Virus record (IMG/VR): IMGVR_UViG_3300046519_000190
Coordinates: 1 to 64,000 of that record
Source of the DNA: a virus
Reading direction: 5' to 3' (one strand)
DNA: 64,000 nucleotides
Of this stretch, positions 17,773 to 26,955 are shown one piece after another. Under the pieces are notes generated by a model that had not been told where the DNA came from, made no database searches, and worked only from the letters and a program-made list of their open reading frames with translations. The first letter of the stretch is position 1, and the number at the start of each line of letters is the position of its first letter. The translations under genes and the position numbers were made by a program.

Positions 17773-18171
17773 TTATGCCCAGGTGCCGTATGCTTCTGGG
17801 CGATTTGGTTCTTTCTTGAGTGGTGAAGGCATGAGCCGATCACCATTTCTCAACGCTGTCTGTATGGCCGCAAGGATCGTATCCGGTCCCCATTTGGTAT
17901 CCTGGAACGCCCTGATTCTGTCCGTGATCGTTATTGGGTCGTAGCCCTGCTCATGAAGCAGGTCGAAGATTTTCATCCACTTGACGGCTTCTTTTTCAGC
18001 CTCTTCTGCTTCACCTTCTTCGCGAGCCTTTCTGTCGGCCATTTGAGCCTCCCAGGCTGCGATCTTTGCAGCTTGGGCTTCCTCAGAAGCCTTCATCTGC
18101 TTTTCGCGTTCGGCTACAAGCCTGGCCAACTGCTCTTCAAGCTCTTCGGGGTCTGTGCTGGTGGCTTTCAT
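17773..18171 (-). CDS. charged helical protein with C-terminal motif (..PEAYGTWA)
   Basis: ATGA-coupled ORF. Confidence 0.8.
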   Translation of the reverse strand: MKATSTDPEELEEQLARLVAEREKQMKASEEAQAAKIAAWEAQMADRKAREEGEAEEAEKEAVKWMKIFDLLHEQGYDPITITDRIRAFQDTKWGPDTILAAIQTALRNGDRLMPSPLKKEPNRPEAYGTWA

Positions 18172-18422
18172 GCCCAGTTCCCCATGCCCATCGATTCGAG
18201 CCGCTCCTGGCGCTCTTCCTCTTCGAACTGCTTGGCGATCGCATCCAGTTCAGCCTGCTCGATTCGGCGGCGAACGACTTTGATCTGGTCAGCCTCATCT
18301 TTCACAGCCATCTGAATATGCAGGTTGATCCGGCGCTGCATGTCAGCCTTCTGAGCCTGAATCTCATCCAGCTCTTCGTCTGTCAGGTCGACTGACAGAC
18401 GACGGTAGTTAGCATTGGTCAT
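18168..18422 (-). CDS. charged helical protein with C-terminal motif (..GMGNWA)
   Basis: Start trimmed to the ATGA overlap. Confidence 0.8.
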   Translation of the reverse strand: MTNANYRRLSVDLTDEELDEIQAQKADMQRRINLHIQMAVKDEADQIKVVRRRIEQAELDAIAKQFEEEERQERLESMGMGNWA

Positions 18423-18700
18423 GCCCAACCCCCAAAGTCTTCTGGACGCACCGGGTTGTCGCGCTGCTCTTGGAGTCGAACGCGGTTGTCTTCGTGAATA
18501 TTCAGAGCCTCAAACCCTGTCATCCCTTCTGGGAGACATTTCAAGCAGAGTCGACCTTCATCCAGATCGAACAGCTTGGCTTTGCTGCTGAGCACACCAC
18601 ACTTGACGCAAGCAGTGGTGAACTGGCTCATGACGCTTGCAGCTTTCGCCTTCTGTTCCTGAATCTTCTTCTGGAAGTTGATATCGCGGTTCTTCCTCAT
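18419..18700 (-). CDS. zinc-finger protein (CxxC..CxxC) with C-terminal motif (..PEDFGGWA)
   Basis: AGGAG RBS; CVKC and CLKC. Confidence 0.8.
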   Translation of the reverse strand: MRKNRDINFQKKIQEQKAKAASVMSQFTTACVKCGVLSSKAKLFDLDEGRLCLKCLPEGMTGFEALNIHEDNRVRLQEQRDNPVRPEDFGGWA

Positions 18701-18724
18701 AAACTTCTCCTTTCACAGACTGCA

Positions 18725-18755
18725 ATTTTACAGACTGATGATTGGCATCGTGTGG
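18725..18755 (-). promoter_or_regulatory. CC-N8-CC-N13 promoter-like element
   Basis: -10 TAAAAT, exact spacing. Confidence 0.75.
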
Positions 18756-18794
18756 CGTTCGAAGCTCTATAACGCGCTGTGAGCTTCGATCTTT

Positions 18795-19349
18795 TCAAGC
18801 GTCATGCTTGCGCGTCATGCTCGCAATCGTCGCTTGTGCGCGCTCTGAGCGCTGCTGCCTGACAATTCCCGCAGTCTCTTTGATGTACTGCTCAGCGCCC
18901 TTCAACCAGTCCAAGTTAATGGTCCATCCGAAGGAGCTTCTGATGCCGTATATCTCGAACTGCCGCATCACGTACTCTTCGGCCAAGTCCTCTGGCCACT
19001 CGTTCACCTGCATCAGATGTAGGAGCGCTCTTGCGAGGTTCCCAGTTGCAGCCGCACGACCCATATGCTTGACCTGGTGACAGGCCGGGCACAGGGAAAC
19101 CAGCCCTACCAGCGTCTGCACCCGGGCGCTGTCGTTGTAGTCCCAGATTTCGTGACACTCGACAGGGTGTTTCTTGCCAACATCACCGCAGACTTCACAC
19201 CGATGATTCGCCCTGGTGTAGCAGGCGTTGCGGAGATAGTCCCATTGCGACGGTTTCAGGTGGCTTCTGAGGTTGTCACCCCATTGAGCGGCCGGCACCA
19301 GTTCGATGGTCAGCTTCGGAGGGTTGTATGGATGAAAGGGATTGTTCAT
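18795..19349 (-). CDS. HNH endonuclease-like protein
   Basis: CEVCG..ECHE.W...SLCPACHQVKH. Confidence 0.75.
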   Translation of the reverse strand: MNNPFHPYNPPKLTIELVPAAQWGDNLRSHLKPSQWDYLRNACYTRANHRCEVCGDVGKKHPVECHEIWDYNDSARVQTLVGLVSLCPACHQVKHMGRAAATGNLARALLHLMQVNEWPEDLAEEYVMRQFEIYGIRSSFGWTINLDWLKGAEQYIKETAGIVRQQRSERAQATIASMTRKHDA

Positions 19350-19525
19350 TTGAGCCTCCGCATCAGATCGATGGTGCCAGCCTCACGTTTAGCCACAGCG
19401 CAAGCGCTGTGTTCCGTAAACAAACTGGTGTAGTAGGCCGCAGTCTTGCCGGTCACATCATTTCTGGCACGCTCAGCGGCGCTGGGTACGAGAATAATCG
19501 GCTTGTTGCAGATGGTGCAGTTCAT
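19346..19525 (-). CDS. 59-aa Cys-motif protein; not in ORF track
   Basis: Manual translation MNCTICNKPIILVPSAAERA...; ATGA-coupled on both sides. Confidence 0.65.
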   Translation of the reverse strand: MNCTICNKPIILVPSAAERARNDVTGKTAAYYTSLFTEHSACAVAKREAGTIDLMRRLK

Positions 19526-19686
19526 ACAGACTCAACCCATTTGGTGAGCTGCACATCCAGACCTGCCAGGTCGACGAATTCATCCGGGTCGGCATCTTCA
19601 ACCATTTCGCTGACGCCATCCTGAAAGCCCATCATGTAGGCTGTCTTCAACATTTCTGCCAGTTTGGCTTCGGTTAGCTGTTTCAT
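19522..19686 (-). CDS. 54-aa hypothetical protein; not in ORF track
   Basis: Manual translation MKQLTEAKLAECLK...; ATGA-coupled. Confidence 0.65.
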   Translation of the reverse strand: MKQLTEAKLAEMLKTAYMMGFQDGVSEMVEDADPDEFVDLAGLDVQLTKWVESV

Positions 19687-19895
19687 GCCCAGGGACTCTC
19701 TTGAAGTTTTGGTTCCGGGTTGTATAGGGCTTTGACGTGAACACGACCGCCGATGTAGTGCCAGTCATGCAGAAAGCCAGTTTCTTGGGTCAGACGGATG
19801 CACATCGCTTCCGCTTCTGCTTTTGGCATGTCGAACAGACCAACACTCTCGCCGTTCTTGTACACCTCGTCGTTGCAGCTTTCAGTGTTTGCCAT
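19683..19895 (-). CDS. hypothetical protein
   Basis: GGAG RBS. Confidence 0.75.
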   Translation of the reverse strand: MANTESCNDEVYKNGESVGLFDMPKAEAEAMCIRLTQETGFLHDWHYIGGRVHVKALYNPEPKLQESPWA

Positions 19896-19909
19896 AAAAA
19901 CGTCTCCAC

Positions 19910-19932
19910 AAAAAAGCCCGCCGAAGCGGGCT
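19910..19932 (-). terminator. Rho-independent terminator
   Basis: AGCCCGC-ttcg-GCGGGCT plus T-tract. Confidence 0.85.
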
Positions 19933-19949
19933 GAGGTTAGGGATTTGGA

Positions 19950-20783
19950 TTACTCGGCGTCGTCTTCCGCTACGCCACCAGCTTCTGCGGACTTGATGCT
20001 GGTCAGCAGGGGGAACAGGGTGGAAGTCGGGTTGACGACCAACTTGCCGGCTTCTTTCTTGGCAATGCCCAGGGTAGGAAGCAGGTTCATGAGCTGGGTG
20101 GTCTGGCTCGACGAAGTACCCTCGCTGTACGGCCGGCTGAGGTACGTGTCTTTGAGCTGCTTGCTGGTCATTTCGCCGTTGGTCAGCAGAAAGTTGATGG
20201 CGATCCGGGTGTAGTTCGACAGCGCAGCGCCTTTGCTGACGTGTGCGAACAGATTGATAGCCTTCTCACCGATCTTCTTCGGCATCTTGGTGTCGATCAG
20301 CTCCAGCAGGGCCAGACGCTTGTCGAACCGCTCTTCGTCAGACAGAGCCAGGTCAGTGGTGTCGAGGGTCAGCAAGTCGTCGAGCTTGTCACCCAGCGAC
20401 ACTGCGAGGGCTTCGCTCTTGGCCATGCCAGCGGTGCTGATGCGCTTGGTTTGTGGCGCTGCACGTTTCTTGGTCTGAGCTTCCGGCATCTTCGCGTCTT
20501 CTGGGTGATGCTCGGATGTCGCGTTGATTTCTTCGAGAGCCATTTTGCGCAGCTCGTCGTTGGTTACAGCCTTGCCGGCTTCGATCATGTGATCTTCGCT
20601 CGGGACTTCTGCAACGCCAGTTTGCATGCCTTCGATGACAAGGGTTTCACCCAGGCCAGCTTCGAGGTCATCGAACATCGCGTCCAGGTCAGATACGCTC
20701 TGACCTACTGCACCTACCACAATTTCATCCACACCAGATTCTTGTTCTGGAGCTTCTTGTTCGATACGTTGAAGTTTGGCCAT
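19950..20783 (-). CDS. hypothetical protein with acidic N-terminus and possible winged-helix C-terminus
   Basis: Has its own promoter and terminator; strongly biased codons. Confidence 0.8.
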   Translation of the reverse strand: MAKLQRIEQEAPEQESGVDEIVVGAVGQSVSDLDAMFDDLEAGLGETLVIEGMQTGVAEVPSEDHMIEAGKAVTNDELRKMALEEINATSEHHPEDAKMPEAQTKKRAAPQTKRISTAGMAKSEALAVSLGDKLDDLLTLDTTDLALSDEERFDKRLALLELIDTKMPKKIGEKAINLFAHVSKGAALSNYTRIAINFLLTNGEMTSKQLKDTYLSRPYSEGTSSSQTTQLMNLLPTLGIAKKEAGKLVVNPTSTLFPLLTSIKSAEAGGVAEDDAE

Positions 20784-20839
20784 CTGAGTGTTACCCCTGT
20801 TTGATTAAGTTGCGTTTGAATGACGCTTGAGAGACTGCG

Positions 20840-20870
20840 ATATTACAGAGCAAATCCAGGCAGCATCTGG
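20840..20870 (-). promoter_or_regulatory. CC-N8-CC-N13 promoter-like element
   Basis: -10 TAATAT, exact spacing. Confidence 0.75.
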
Positions 20871-20887
20871 CGAAGTCCTGGGTTCCT

Positions 20888-21487
20888 TCAATCAGCCGGA
20901 ACAGTAACCAAAGGATCGGTGATGATCAGACGACGGCCATCGGTCATGTAGTTGGCTGGGTTGCAGAGGTCATGCAGAAGGTCCAGTTGGCTCGTCTTCA
21001 TGAAGTCCGCGATCCACGTTAAAGCTTTGGAGATTGACTGGCTGAACAGGTTCGACAGAGCCAGCTCTTGAATAGCTCCAGCGTATCGTTCCTGTGCAGG
21101 GATGATCCCCTCGAAACGGTCACTCTCCAGCATACGATGCCGGATTGTCGCAATGATCGAATCGCGCTCGTAATAGAGTGGACGATGATCACACGGGTGA
21201 ATCTCTTGCAGGCGTTTCAGCTCGATCAGGTGAACCCCATCCGGGTGTTCAGACGACTTCATTTGTCCGTGATACTCGACAAACTCCACGATCCCATCAC
21301 AGCCTTTTACCCGACCACCGAGAAGCCAGGTTACAGTGGTCGTATCAACGGTCAGCTTGAGCACGGTATTCGGACAGCAGCCTTCGAACACAACGGAAAA
21401 TTCACCACGCCCCAGCTCTTTCTTGCCTTTTAAAACGGGGAACTGCGCCAGATAATCTGGCGCGTCCTCTAATTCGAAGTGACTCAA
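20888..21487 (-). CDS. Ser/Thr protein kinase-like protein (T7 gp0.7 type)
   Basis: LGRGEFSVVF glycine loop, VLKL lysine, HDLCNPANYM catalytic loop, IITDP. Confidence 0.65.
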   Translation of the reverse strand: MSHFELEDAPDYLAQFPVLKGKKELGRGEFSVVFEGCCPNTVLKLTVDTTTVTWLLGGRVKGCDGIVEFVEYHGQMKSSEHPDGVHLIELKRLQEIHPCDHRPLYYERDSIIATIRHRMLESDRFEGIIPAQERYAGAIQELALSNLFSQSISKALTWIADFMKTSQLDLLHDLCNPANYMTDGRRLIITDPLVTVPAD

Positions 21488-21993
21488 GACCAGCCCCCAA
21501 CAGCTACACCCTTTTCGGCTGCGGCTGCGATCTGCTCTTCGTCCATGATGATTGAACTGCCTTTGACGACAGGTGCCAACTCGTTGTCGGCTTCGATGAA
21601 GGTTGTCTCGCCGTCTTCGTCGATGTCCATAGTGCTGTTGGTGTAGCGCAGCAGCATGTCCTCATACGCAGACTCGGCCGCAGACTTCGTGCGGAAGGTT
21701 TCGGTTGCAGCCGGGTCGAGCACCCAACCTTTGTCTTCCATCTTCTCCTCGTCCCACTCGGACGATTTGACGATGACGCGGTTGTACACCTGGATGCCGT
21801 GACTATGACGGTACTCAGCAGGCAAGCTCTTGTTGTAGCGGCCGATCCAGTGCAAGCGAACCCACAACTTGCCGTTGCGGTACTCTTTCAGCGTGAACGC
21901 CGGCGTGTCTTTCTTTTCAGCCCAGGCTTTGGAGGTCAAGCCGGAACCATCGATGTCCTGATACAGATCGGCCATGTCAGTTGCTCTTATCAC
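21484..21993 (-). CDS. hypothetical protein with C-terminal motif (..AVGGWS)
   Basis: ORF in operon; start may be the Met at 21975. Confidence 0.75.
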   Translation of the reverse strand: MIRATDMADLYQDIDGSGLTSKAWAEKKDTPAFTLKEYRNGKLWVRLHWIGRYNKSLPAEYRHSHGIQVYNRVIVKSSEWDEEKMEDKGWVLDPAATETFRTKSAAESAYEDMLLRYTNSTMDIDEDGETTFIEADNELAPVVKGSSIIMDEEQIAAAAEKGVAVGGWS

Positions 21994-22309
21994 AGATTGC
22001 GGGGGTGCCCACCAGCTCAGTCGAAAAGCGGTTGCTTTTGCGATAGATGTAGGTCTTTTCGGTAACGTCCCAGAGACTGCCGATCTTGACGTTCTGGGCT
22101 TTGGTCTTGCTGCAACTCAGACGGTTGTTCTCGTAGAGCTGGCCAGTCTTGATGTCACGCAGGTTGACCTTGCTGTTGGTCTTGCTCGTCAGATAGACGC
22201 TCTCGACCTTCACAGTGATCCGGCGCTGATCGAAGTCCTCGCGACTCTCACAGCCTGCAAGCATTACTGCCGCTGCGAGTGTCATTGTGCCTAACAGTCT
22301 TGCTTTCAT
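21977..22309 (-). CDS. putative lipoprotein
   Basis: Signal peptide MKARLLGTMTLAAAVMLAG-C. Confidence 0.75.
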   Translation of the reverse strand: MKARLLGTMTLAAAVMLAGCESREDFDQRRITVKVESVYLTSKTNSKVNLRDIKTGQLYENNRLSCSKTKAQNVKIGSLWDVTEKTYIYRKSNRFSTELVGTPAICDKSN

Positions 22310-22346
22310 GATTGCTCCTGATGTTGCGCTGTTTCTTGTGAAGCAC

Positions 22347-22377
22347 ACTATGCTCTGATTTCGCAGGCATAGTGTGG
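22347..22377 (-). promoter_or_regulatory. CC-N8-CC-N13 promoter-like element within an inverted repeat
   Basis: -10 CATAGT; CACACTATGC/GCATAGTGTG. Confidence 0.7.
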
Positions 22378-22380
22378 CGT

Positions 22381-22947
22381 TTAGATGTCAGCCGGGCTCT
22401 TGAACAGGCCACGTTCCACGCCGACCCAGTAGCAGTTCTCCAGCAACTCGGTGTCGTACAAAGCGCTGTGCGCTGAATCGGTGTCGTATTCGAACCCACA
22501 AGCGTATGCAAGCTCACCCAGATTCGGAACCTTGCCCATCGCTGTAGCCTTGCGGCCGTTCTCCATCGTGCAATACACGTCGAAGGTGGGCATGGGCAGA
22601 CCTACACGAACCAGCTCCAGTGCAACGAACGGGGCATCGAATGCTGCGTTGTGCGCAATGAAGATGTCGGCTTTGCTCAGGAGCTTGCTGACGATCGGGG
22701 CCACTTCCTTCCACTTCGGCTTACCACGCAGATCAGACAGGCTGATCTTGTGGACAGCTTCTGCACCCGGATCAATTGGTCGTTCCGGGTTGATGCGCTG
22801 AATGTACGGCTTGCCGAGCTTGCGCTTGTCACCCGTCACTGTGTTGAACGCCCACATAGACAGAGCCACTTCGATGATGCGATGCCCATCTTCAACTTTG
22901 AGGCCAGTGGTCTCGATGTCACCAACTGCCAATACTTTCCATGCCAT
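22381..22947 (-). CDS. dnaQ: DEDDh 3'-5' exonuclease (DNA Pol III epsilon-like)
   Basis: DIETTG, AHNAAFD and HSALYD motifs. Confidence 0.9.
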   Translation of the reverse strand: MAWKVLAVGDIETTGLKVEDGHRIIEVALSMWAFNTVTGDKRKLGKPYIQRINPERPIDPGAEAVHKISLSDLRGKPKWKEVAPIVSKLLSKADIFIAHNAAFDAPFVALELVRVGLPMPTFDVYCTMENGRKATAMGKVPNLGELAYACGFEYDTDSAHSALYDTELLENCYWVGVERGLFKSPADI

Positions 22948-23388
22948 TTAAGCCACCACCACACAGCCCTTGCTCTTGAGCCTCTCGATGATGTCGAGAT
23001 ACCCCTGGCAAGCGGCGCTTACGGGATCGGTTTCATCTTCGAAGGTATGAACCTTCGCTGTGAACTCCGGGTTTCGTGTGACTTGGGTGACTATCACCTT
23101 GCCTCTCACACGGTCGAGGTTTACCGCGATCACAGTTTCTTTGCCGGCGCCGTATGCGTGCATGACAACCTTGTCCGGGTAGCGTGCGCGTACCAGGTCA
23201 CGGCTGTCACGGGACCAGTCATTGAACTTGGGGTCGATGAGTCCCAAAGTGATCATGTCGAAAACGACAAGAGCAGTGAAGGCTTGTGGGCCTGTCACTG
23301 CTCCGCGTCGTACTTCGTTGTCCAACCACAAAGCAGCTTCACCTGCTTTGCGGGTCAGTTCATCGTCGAGGGAATATTCGTCGCTCAC
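22948..23388 (-). CDS. hypothetical protein
   Basis: GAGGT RBS, GTG start. Confidence 0.75.
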   Translation of the reverse strand: MSDEYSLDDELTRKAGEAALWLDNEVRRGAVTGPQAFTALVVFDMITLGLIDPKFNDWSRDSRDLVRARYPDKVVMHAYGAGKETVIAVNLDRVRGKVIVTQVTRNPEFTAKVHTFEDETDPVSAACQGYLDIIERLKSKGCVVVA

Positions 23389-23416
23389 TTGCCACCTCGC
23401 TGTTGAATGAACTGCG

Positions 23417-23449
23417 ATTATCGCAGCTATTCTTTGTGGATGATCTGGG
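23417..23449 (-). promoter_or_regulatory. CC-N8-CC-N15 promoter variant
   Basis: -10 GATAAT inside a CTGCGA/TCGCAG palindrome. Confidence 0.45.
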
Positions 23450-23876
23450 GCTCAGCAGGTGTTTCCGCTTTCTCCTCAACGACCAGCTTGCCATCTTTCT
23501 TGACGATCTGCGGACGAGCCTTGATCAGCTCAAGCTGTTCGTTCATCGTCGGGGTTGGCTGATCTTTGATGCCGCACAGGGCCATCGTCAGATTCGGATG
23601 ATCTGTCATTGGCGTGCGAACTTGGAGCAGGAAGTCGAACCCTTGTGCCTGGCAGATCAAGGTTACTTCCTTGAGAAGCGGCTCGATCAGCTCGTTGTAT
23701 ACCGGATGACTGTCGGTGTACACGCGACCGCCCTGGTCATGAACATCACAGCCTGCTTGCAGAGCATCGAGACGGAACTTCGCAGCTTGCTTGGCCAGCT
23801 TTGCAGCCTGACGTCGAGCGAGGGTACGTTTCGCCTTCGATTCGTGACGGCGGACGTTTTTCTCAAGTGTTTTCAT
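23427..23876 (-). CDS. hypothetical protein
   Basis: ORF in operon. Confidence 0.75.
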   Translation of the reverse strand: MKTLEKNVRRHESKAKRTLARRQAAKLAKQAAKFRLDALQAGCDVHDQGGRVYTDSHPVYNELIEPLLKEVTLICQAQGFDFLLQVRTPMTDHPNLTMALCGIKDQPTPTMNEQLELIKARPQIVKKDGKLVVEEKAETPAEPQIIHKE

Positions 23877-23973
23877 TGGACGTTCCAGATAAAGGGTTTG
23901 CGAAGGTGATGTGGCATTGGCCAGCGAGCTGGTTGATATGCCACTGCGATTGCGTATGCGAGGGCGTTCATTC

Positions 23974-24222
23974 TCACTTTGAAATCTCCGGTGTGATCAA
24001 AGGCCACCAGCCAACGACATCGCCTTTGCCGTTGGTGAATGTGTCGTAGGTCCAGTTCCAACCAGCGAAGAACCATTCGTCTTCGCCGTTGTTGTCGAAG
24101 TTGTTGAACCCCATAGTCACGCAGAGGCCGTTGCCGTCTTCAATGCCGTGTTCCTCGAAGCGCACCAAAAGCAGGACCATAGTCGAGTCTTTGGGTGCGC
24201 TCAGAGTAGACAGCCACTTCAC
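23974..24222 (-). CDS. DUF551-like small phage protein
   Basis: W...SAPKD.T.VLL ... VVGWWPL. Confidence 0.65.
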   Translation of the reverse strand: MKWLSTLSAPKDSTMVLLLVRFEEHGIEDGNGLCVTMGFNNFDNNGEDEWFFAGWNWTYDTFTNGKGDVVGWWPLITPEISK

Positions 24223-24635
24223 GCGAATGCTCCCGCACCACGCAGTTCCATTTCAGCCATGCGCTCTTCTGCTTCCAGCGCAAGCTTGCTCTTCACACTG
24301 TCGACCACTTGCTCAAGCGTCTTTGGATCGAGCGCCATGCGCTTACCAGCGGCTCTCAGAGAGGCATCGAACGACCCGGATAGCTTGTCTGCGCCTTTCA
24401 GAATTGAAACGCGGATCAAGTCGTCGAGGAACGCCGGGTTGCTGGTGACGTTGCGAATCGAGGTAGAGATTGCATCCTCGATCTGCTTGGTGTCGATCTT
24501 GACCGACGCTACAGCCTTGTCGATCGCAGCCTTGATTGACGGCGAGTTCTGCACGGTGTCTTTGACGGCACGCTGAACGGCATCATCAGCCAGCTTCTGG
24601 ATCACCGTGTCTTCGATTTTGATTTCAATTGCCAT
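24219..24635 (-). CDS. helical protein with C-terminal motif (..GAGAFA)
   Basis: ORF in operon. Confidence 0.75.
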   Translation of the reverse strand: MAIEIKIEDTVIQKLADDAVQRAVKDTVQNSPSIKAAIDKAVASVKIDTKQIEDAISTSIRNVTSNPAFLDDLIRVSILKGADKLSGSFDASLRAAGKRMALDPKTLEQVVDSVKSKLALEAEERMAEMELRGAGAFA

Positions 24636-24825
24636 AGGTGCGCTCTTCCTTTTCTTTCTCAGGCTCCGGGTGCGCCCACTCCACTTTCGTGCAGTGGTAG
24701 ACGTCCTTCTTGACGAAGAACTTGCCCAGGCGCTGGCACTCTGTCGCTACCATCGAGTGAGCGCGAGCCCACCCGACAGTGTGACCGATCATGAAGGCAA
24801 CGATTGCTGTGAGGAAGGTGATCAT
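24625..24825 (-). CDS. small membrane-anchored protein
   Basis: N-terminal TM; ECQRLG.F. Confidence 0.7.
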   Translation of the reverse strand: MITFLTAIVAFMIGHTVGWARAHSMVATECQRLGKFFVKKDVYHCTKVEWAHPEPEKEKEERTYGN

Positions 24826-25007
24826 TTATCAGCCTTCCAGCAAGACAGAGCGGCGCCGTCAGCAGTCGAAGCCAGAGCGCATTCAACGCCAGGCTTTGGA
24901 TAGACCATATCAACACGGGTGGTCACGCTGCTGAACAGCCGGATGCCTGATGTCACCAGCAATGCGACCAGGAGAATACCCAGAGCTGCTGCGAGGAATA
25001 CTTTCAT
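24822..25007 (-). CDS. small membrane or exported protein
   Basis: Start trimmed to MKVFLAA (ATGA overlap); PGVEC..LSC. Confidence 0.7.
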   Translation of the reverse strand: MKVFLAAALGILLVALLVTSGIRLFSSVTTRVDMVYPKPGVECALASTADGAALSCWKADK

Positions 25008-25210
25008 TGAGTCACCTTCTTCTGCCATGCTGCTGCGTTCCAAATACGCCACGCAGCCTTCGCTTCTTTTGGACTGCGTGTCACCTGGATACCTACGTTG
25101 CCGTAGACAACCCAGAAGTGACGCTTAGTGCCGACGTACATGCTCTCGCCCAGGTGAGCCACCGGGCCGATCTTCTTTTTCAGAATGCGGACGTCTTTCT
25201 TCTTTTTCAT
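25004..25210 (-). CDS. small basic protein
   Basis: ORF in operon. Confidence 0.65.
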   Translation of the reverse strand: MKKKKDVRILKKKIGPVAHLGESMYVGTKRHFWVVYGNVGIQVTRSPKEAKAAWRIWNAAAWQKKVTQ

Positions 25211-25212
25211 GA

Positions 25213-25698
25213 TCAGTCAACCAGCAGGCCGGTGTTGGACACGCGCTTGTGCAGGGCTTCAACCACTTCCAGGCTGACGCTGTTCGATTGCAGCAGGAGT
25301 TGGTCGAACTCGCGATCATCGTGGAAGTCACGATCCTTGCGACCACGCAGCATGCCCAGCGCCAGAGCGATCACCGATACTTCTGCGCTGGTGAACTTCT
25401 CCAGAGTAGTGCGGAGAGAGCGCTCAACCGACTCGACGTTCAGTTCGAGGATGTCGGCAATTTCCTGATGGGCCAGGCCGGCTGCAACCAGGCGTTCGAT
25501 GCGAGCTTTGGTTTCAGGGCTGACGGTGCGACCGCGTGGAGCTTCGGTTTTGGTAGCTGTGGTCATGGTCTTCTTCTCGTTTGATTGGTTGATTTGATCT
25601 GCTTCACGGGTCTTGCGGACCCATACTTCGTAGCTGGCCAGGACTGCACCGCTTTTAACGGCTTCAATCCAGGCTTCGCGGCTGTACTTGTCTTTCAC
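25213..25698 (-). CDS. HTH-containing protein
   Basis: GLAHQEIADILELNVESVERSL resembles a sigma-4/LuxR-type HTH; GTG start inferred. Confidence 0.65.
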   Translation of the reverse strand: MKDKYSREAWIEAVKSGAVLASYEVWVRKTREADQINQSNEKKTMTTATKTEAPRGRTVSPETKARIERLVAAGLAHQEIADILELNVESVERSLRTTLEKFTSAEVSVIALALGMLRGRKDRDFHDDREFDQLLLQSNSVSLEVVEALHKRVSNTGLLVD

Positions 25699-25928
25699 TT
25701 CGATTCCTCGAAACATTCGATGGCGTCTTTGAGCCACTTGCGCAGACCCTGAGCACCGTCTTTGTTGATGGCCGTCATCTGCACCCGACCTCCAACGTCG
25801 ACTTTGATCCACATAACCTCACCTTCAACGAGAAACTGGACGTTATCGTAGGTGCTTGAACCTTCATCGACGTTGAAGAGGTGAAGACTGTCTTTACCGC
25901 CATTGACAGCCTCCTGCTTGCGGCTCAT
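25695..25928 (-). CDS. hypothetical protein
   Basis: ATGA-coupled ORF. Confidence 0.7.
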   Translation of the reverse strand: MSRKQEAVNGGKDSLHLFNVDEGSSTYDNVQFLVEGEVMWIKVDVGGRVQMTAINKDGAQGLRKWLKDAIECFEESK

Positions 25929-26281
25929 TGCGTAGCCTTTGACTTCGCTTCGAAGCTGTCCGGGTTCGCAACTTGGAACTTCTGCTTTTCAGGCTTAGCT
26001 TGAGGTTTCGGGTCACGGTCCTCGAAGTAGGCTTTCAACGAAACCACCGGCTTGCAGACGACGTAGTATTCGTCACTCCAGAATGGAGCAAGTCGGTACT
26101 GAACGTTTGCACCCAGACCGGCAGCTTCACAGCGCTTGGTGTCTGCAATGATGCGGTCGTTCATCGTTGGGTTTTCTTTAGGCTTCTGGATCACGCTTGC
26201 GATCTGATCACCCACTACCATGAGCATCATGCCCGCAACGAAAGCCCCGAGTACCGTCTTGTTGGTTCTGAACATTCCCAC
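25925..26281 (-). CDS. membrane-anchored protein
   Basis: N-terminal TM segment. Confidence 0.7.
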   Translation of the reverse strand: MGMFRTNKTVLGAFVAGMMLMVVGDQIASVIQKPKENPTMNDRIIADTKRCEAAGLGANVQYRLAPFWSDEYYVVCKPVVSLKAYFEDRDPKPQAKPEKQKFQVANPDSFEAKSKATQ

Positions 26282-26323
26282 TTTCCTCTCGACAATAAAA
26301 AACAGACTGCTCTTATAAGAGAC

Positions 26324-26354
26324 AGTCTGTCAGATTTACACAGGGCTTAGATGG
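26324..26354 (-). promoter_or_regulatory. CC-N8-CC-N13 promoter-like element overlapping a terminator-like hairpin
   Basis: -10 CAGACT; hairpin 26302-26330 with T-tract. Confidence 0.6.
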
Positions 26355-26955
26355 GGTACGTGCGAACGTGCTCTAAAGCCCGCTCAACCGCTTTGACGCG
26401 CTCGATCATGTCAATCCCATGCAGACGATGCGGGGTAACGCCCACGTCGCTCATAGCCTTTGTCATGAGCATGTCGAGGTGCACGCGATAAATAAGGCTG
26501 CTTGCAGCACGGACTTTGCCAGTCGGATCAGCAACCATCGGTAGAGCGATTGGAACATGGACGATTGCATCGAAAGCCTGTGCTGCGAGGTTGCACTGGA
26601 GAATGTAGCCGGTGATACGAGTGCTCAGCTCGTCGCTGATTTCGTCGTAGCCACTGACTTCTGCCAGGGTGTAGGCAATCAGGTCGAAGGGAGTGCGATC
26701 GGTGATGATAGTAGCGCTCGGGCCGGCTTTCAGAAGACCCTCTTCCCACTGATCACACAGAACCTCCAGGACTTTCTCCTGAATCTCCATGCGCTGCTCC
26801 AGCGACATGCGTACCTTCGGGTCCAGTTTGAAGCTCTTGTAAACGTCGCTGACGGACGTTTTCACGAAATGAGCACGGTTATGCTCATTCACGAAAGCCT
26901 CGCACAGAGAGGTTTTGCCGCTGCCGTGAGTACCTGCTAAGCCCAGGAAGACCAT
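26347..26955 (-). CDS. P-loop nucleotide kinase/NTPase (AAA_28-like)
   Basis: GTHGSGKT Walker A; ITDRTPFD. Confidence 0.8.
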   Translation of the reverse strand: MVFLGLAGTHGSGKTSLCEAFVNEHNRAHFVKTSVSDVYKSFKLDPKVRMSLEQRMEIQEKVLEVLCDQWEEGLLKAGPSATIITDRTPFDLIAYTLAEVSGYDEISDELSTRITGYILQCNLAAQAFDAIVHVPIALPMVADPTGKVRAASSLIYRVHLDMLMTKAMSDVGVTPHRLHGIDMIERVKAVERALEHVRTYPI

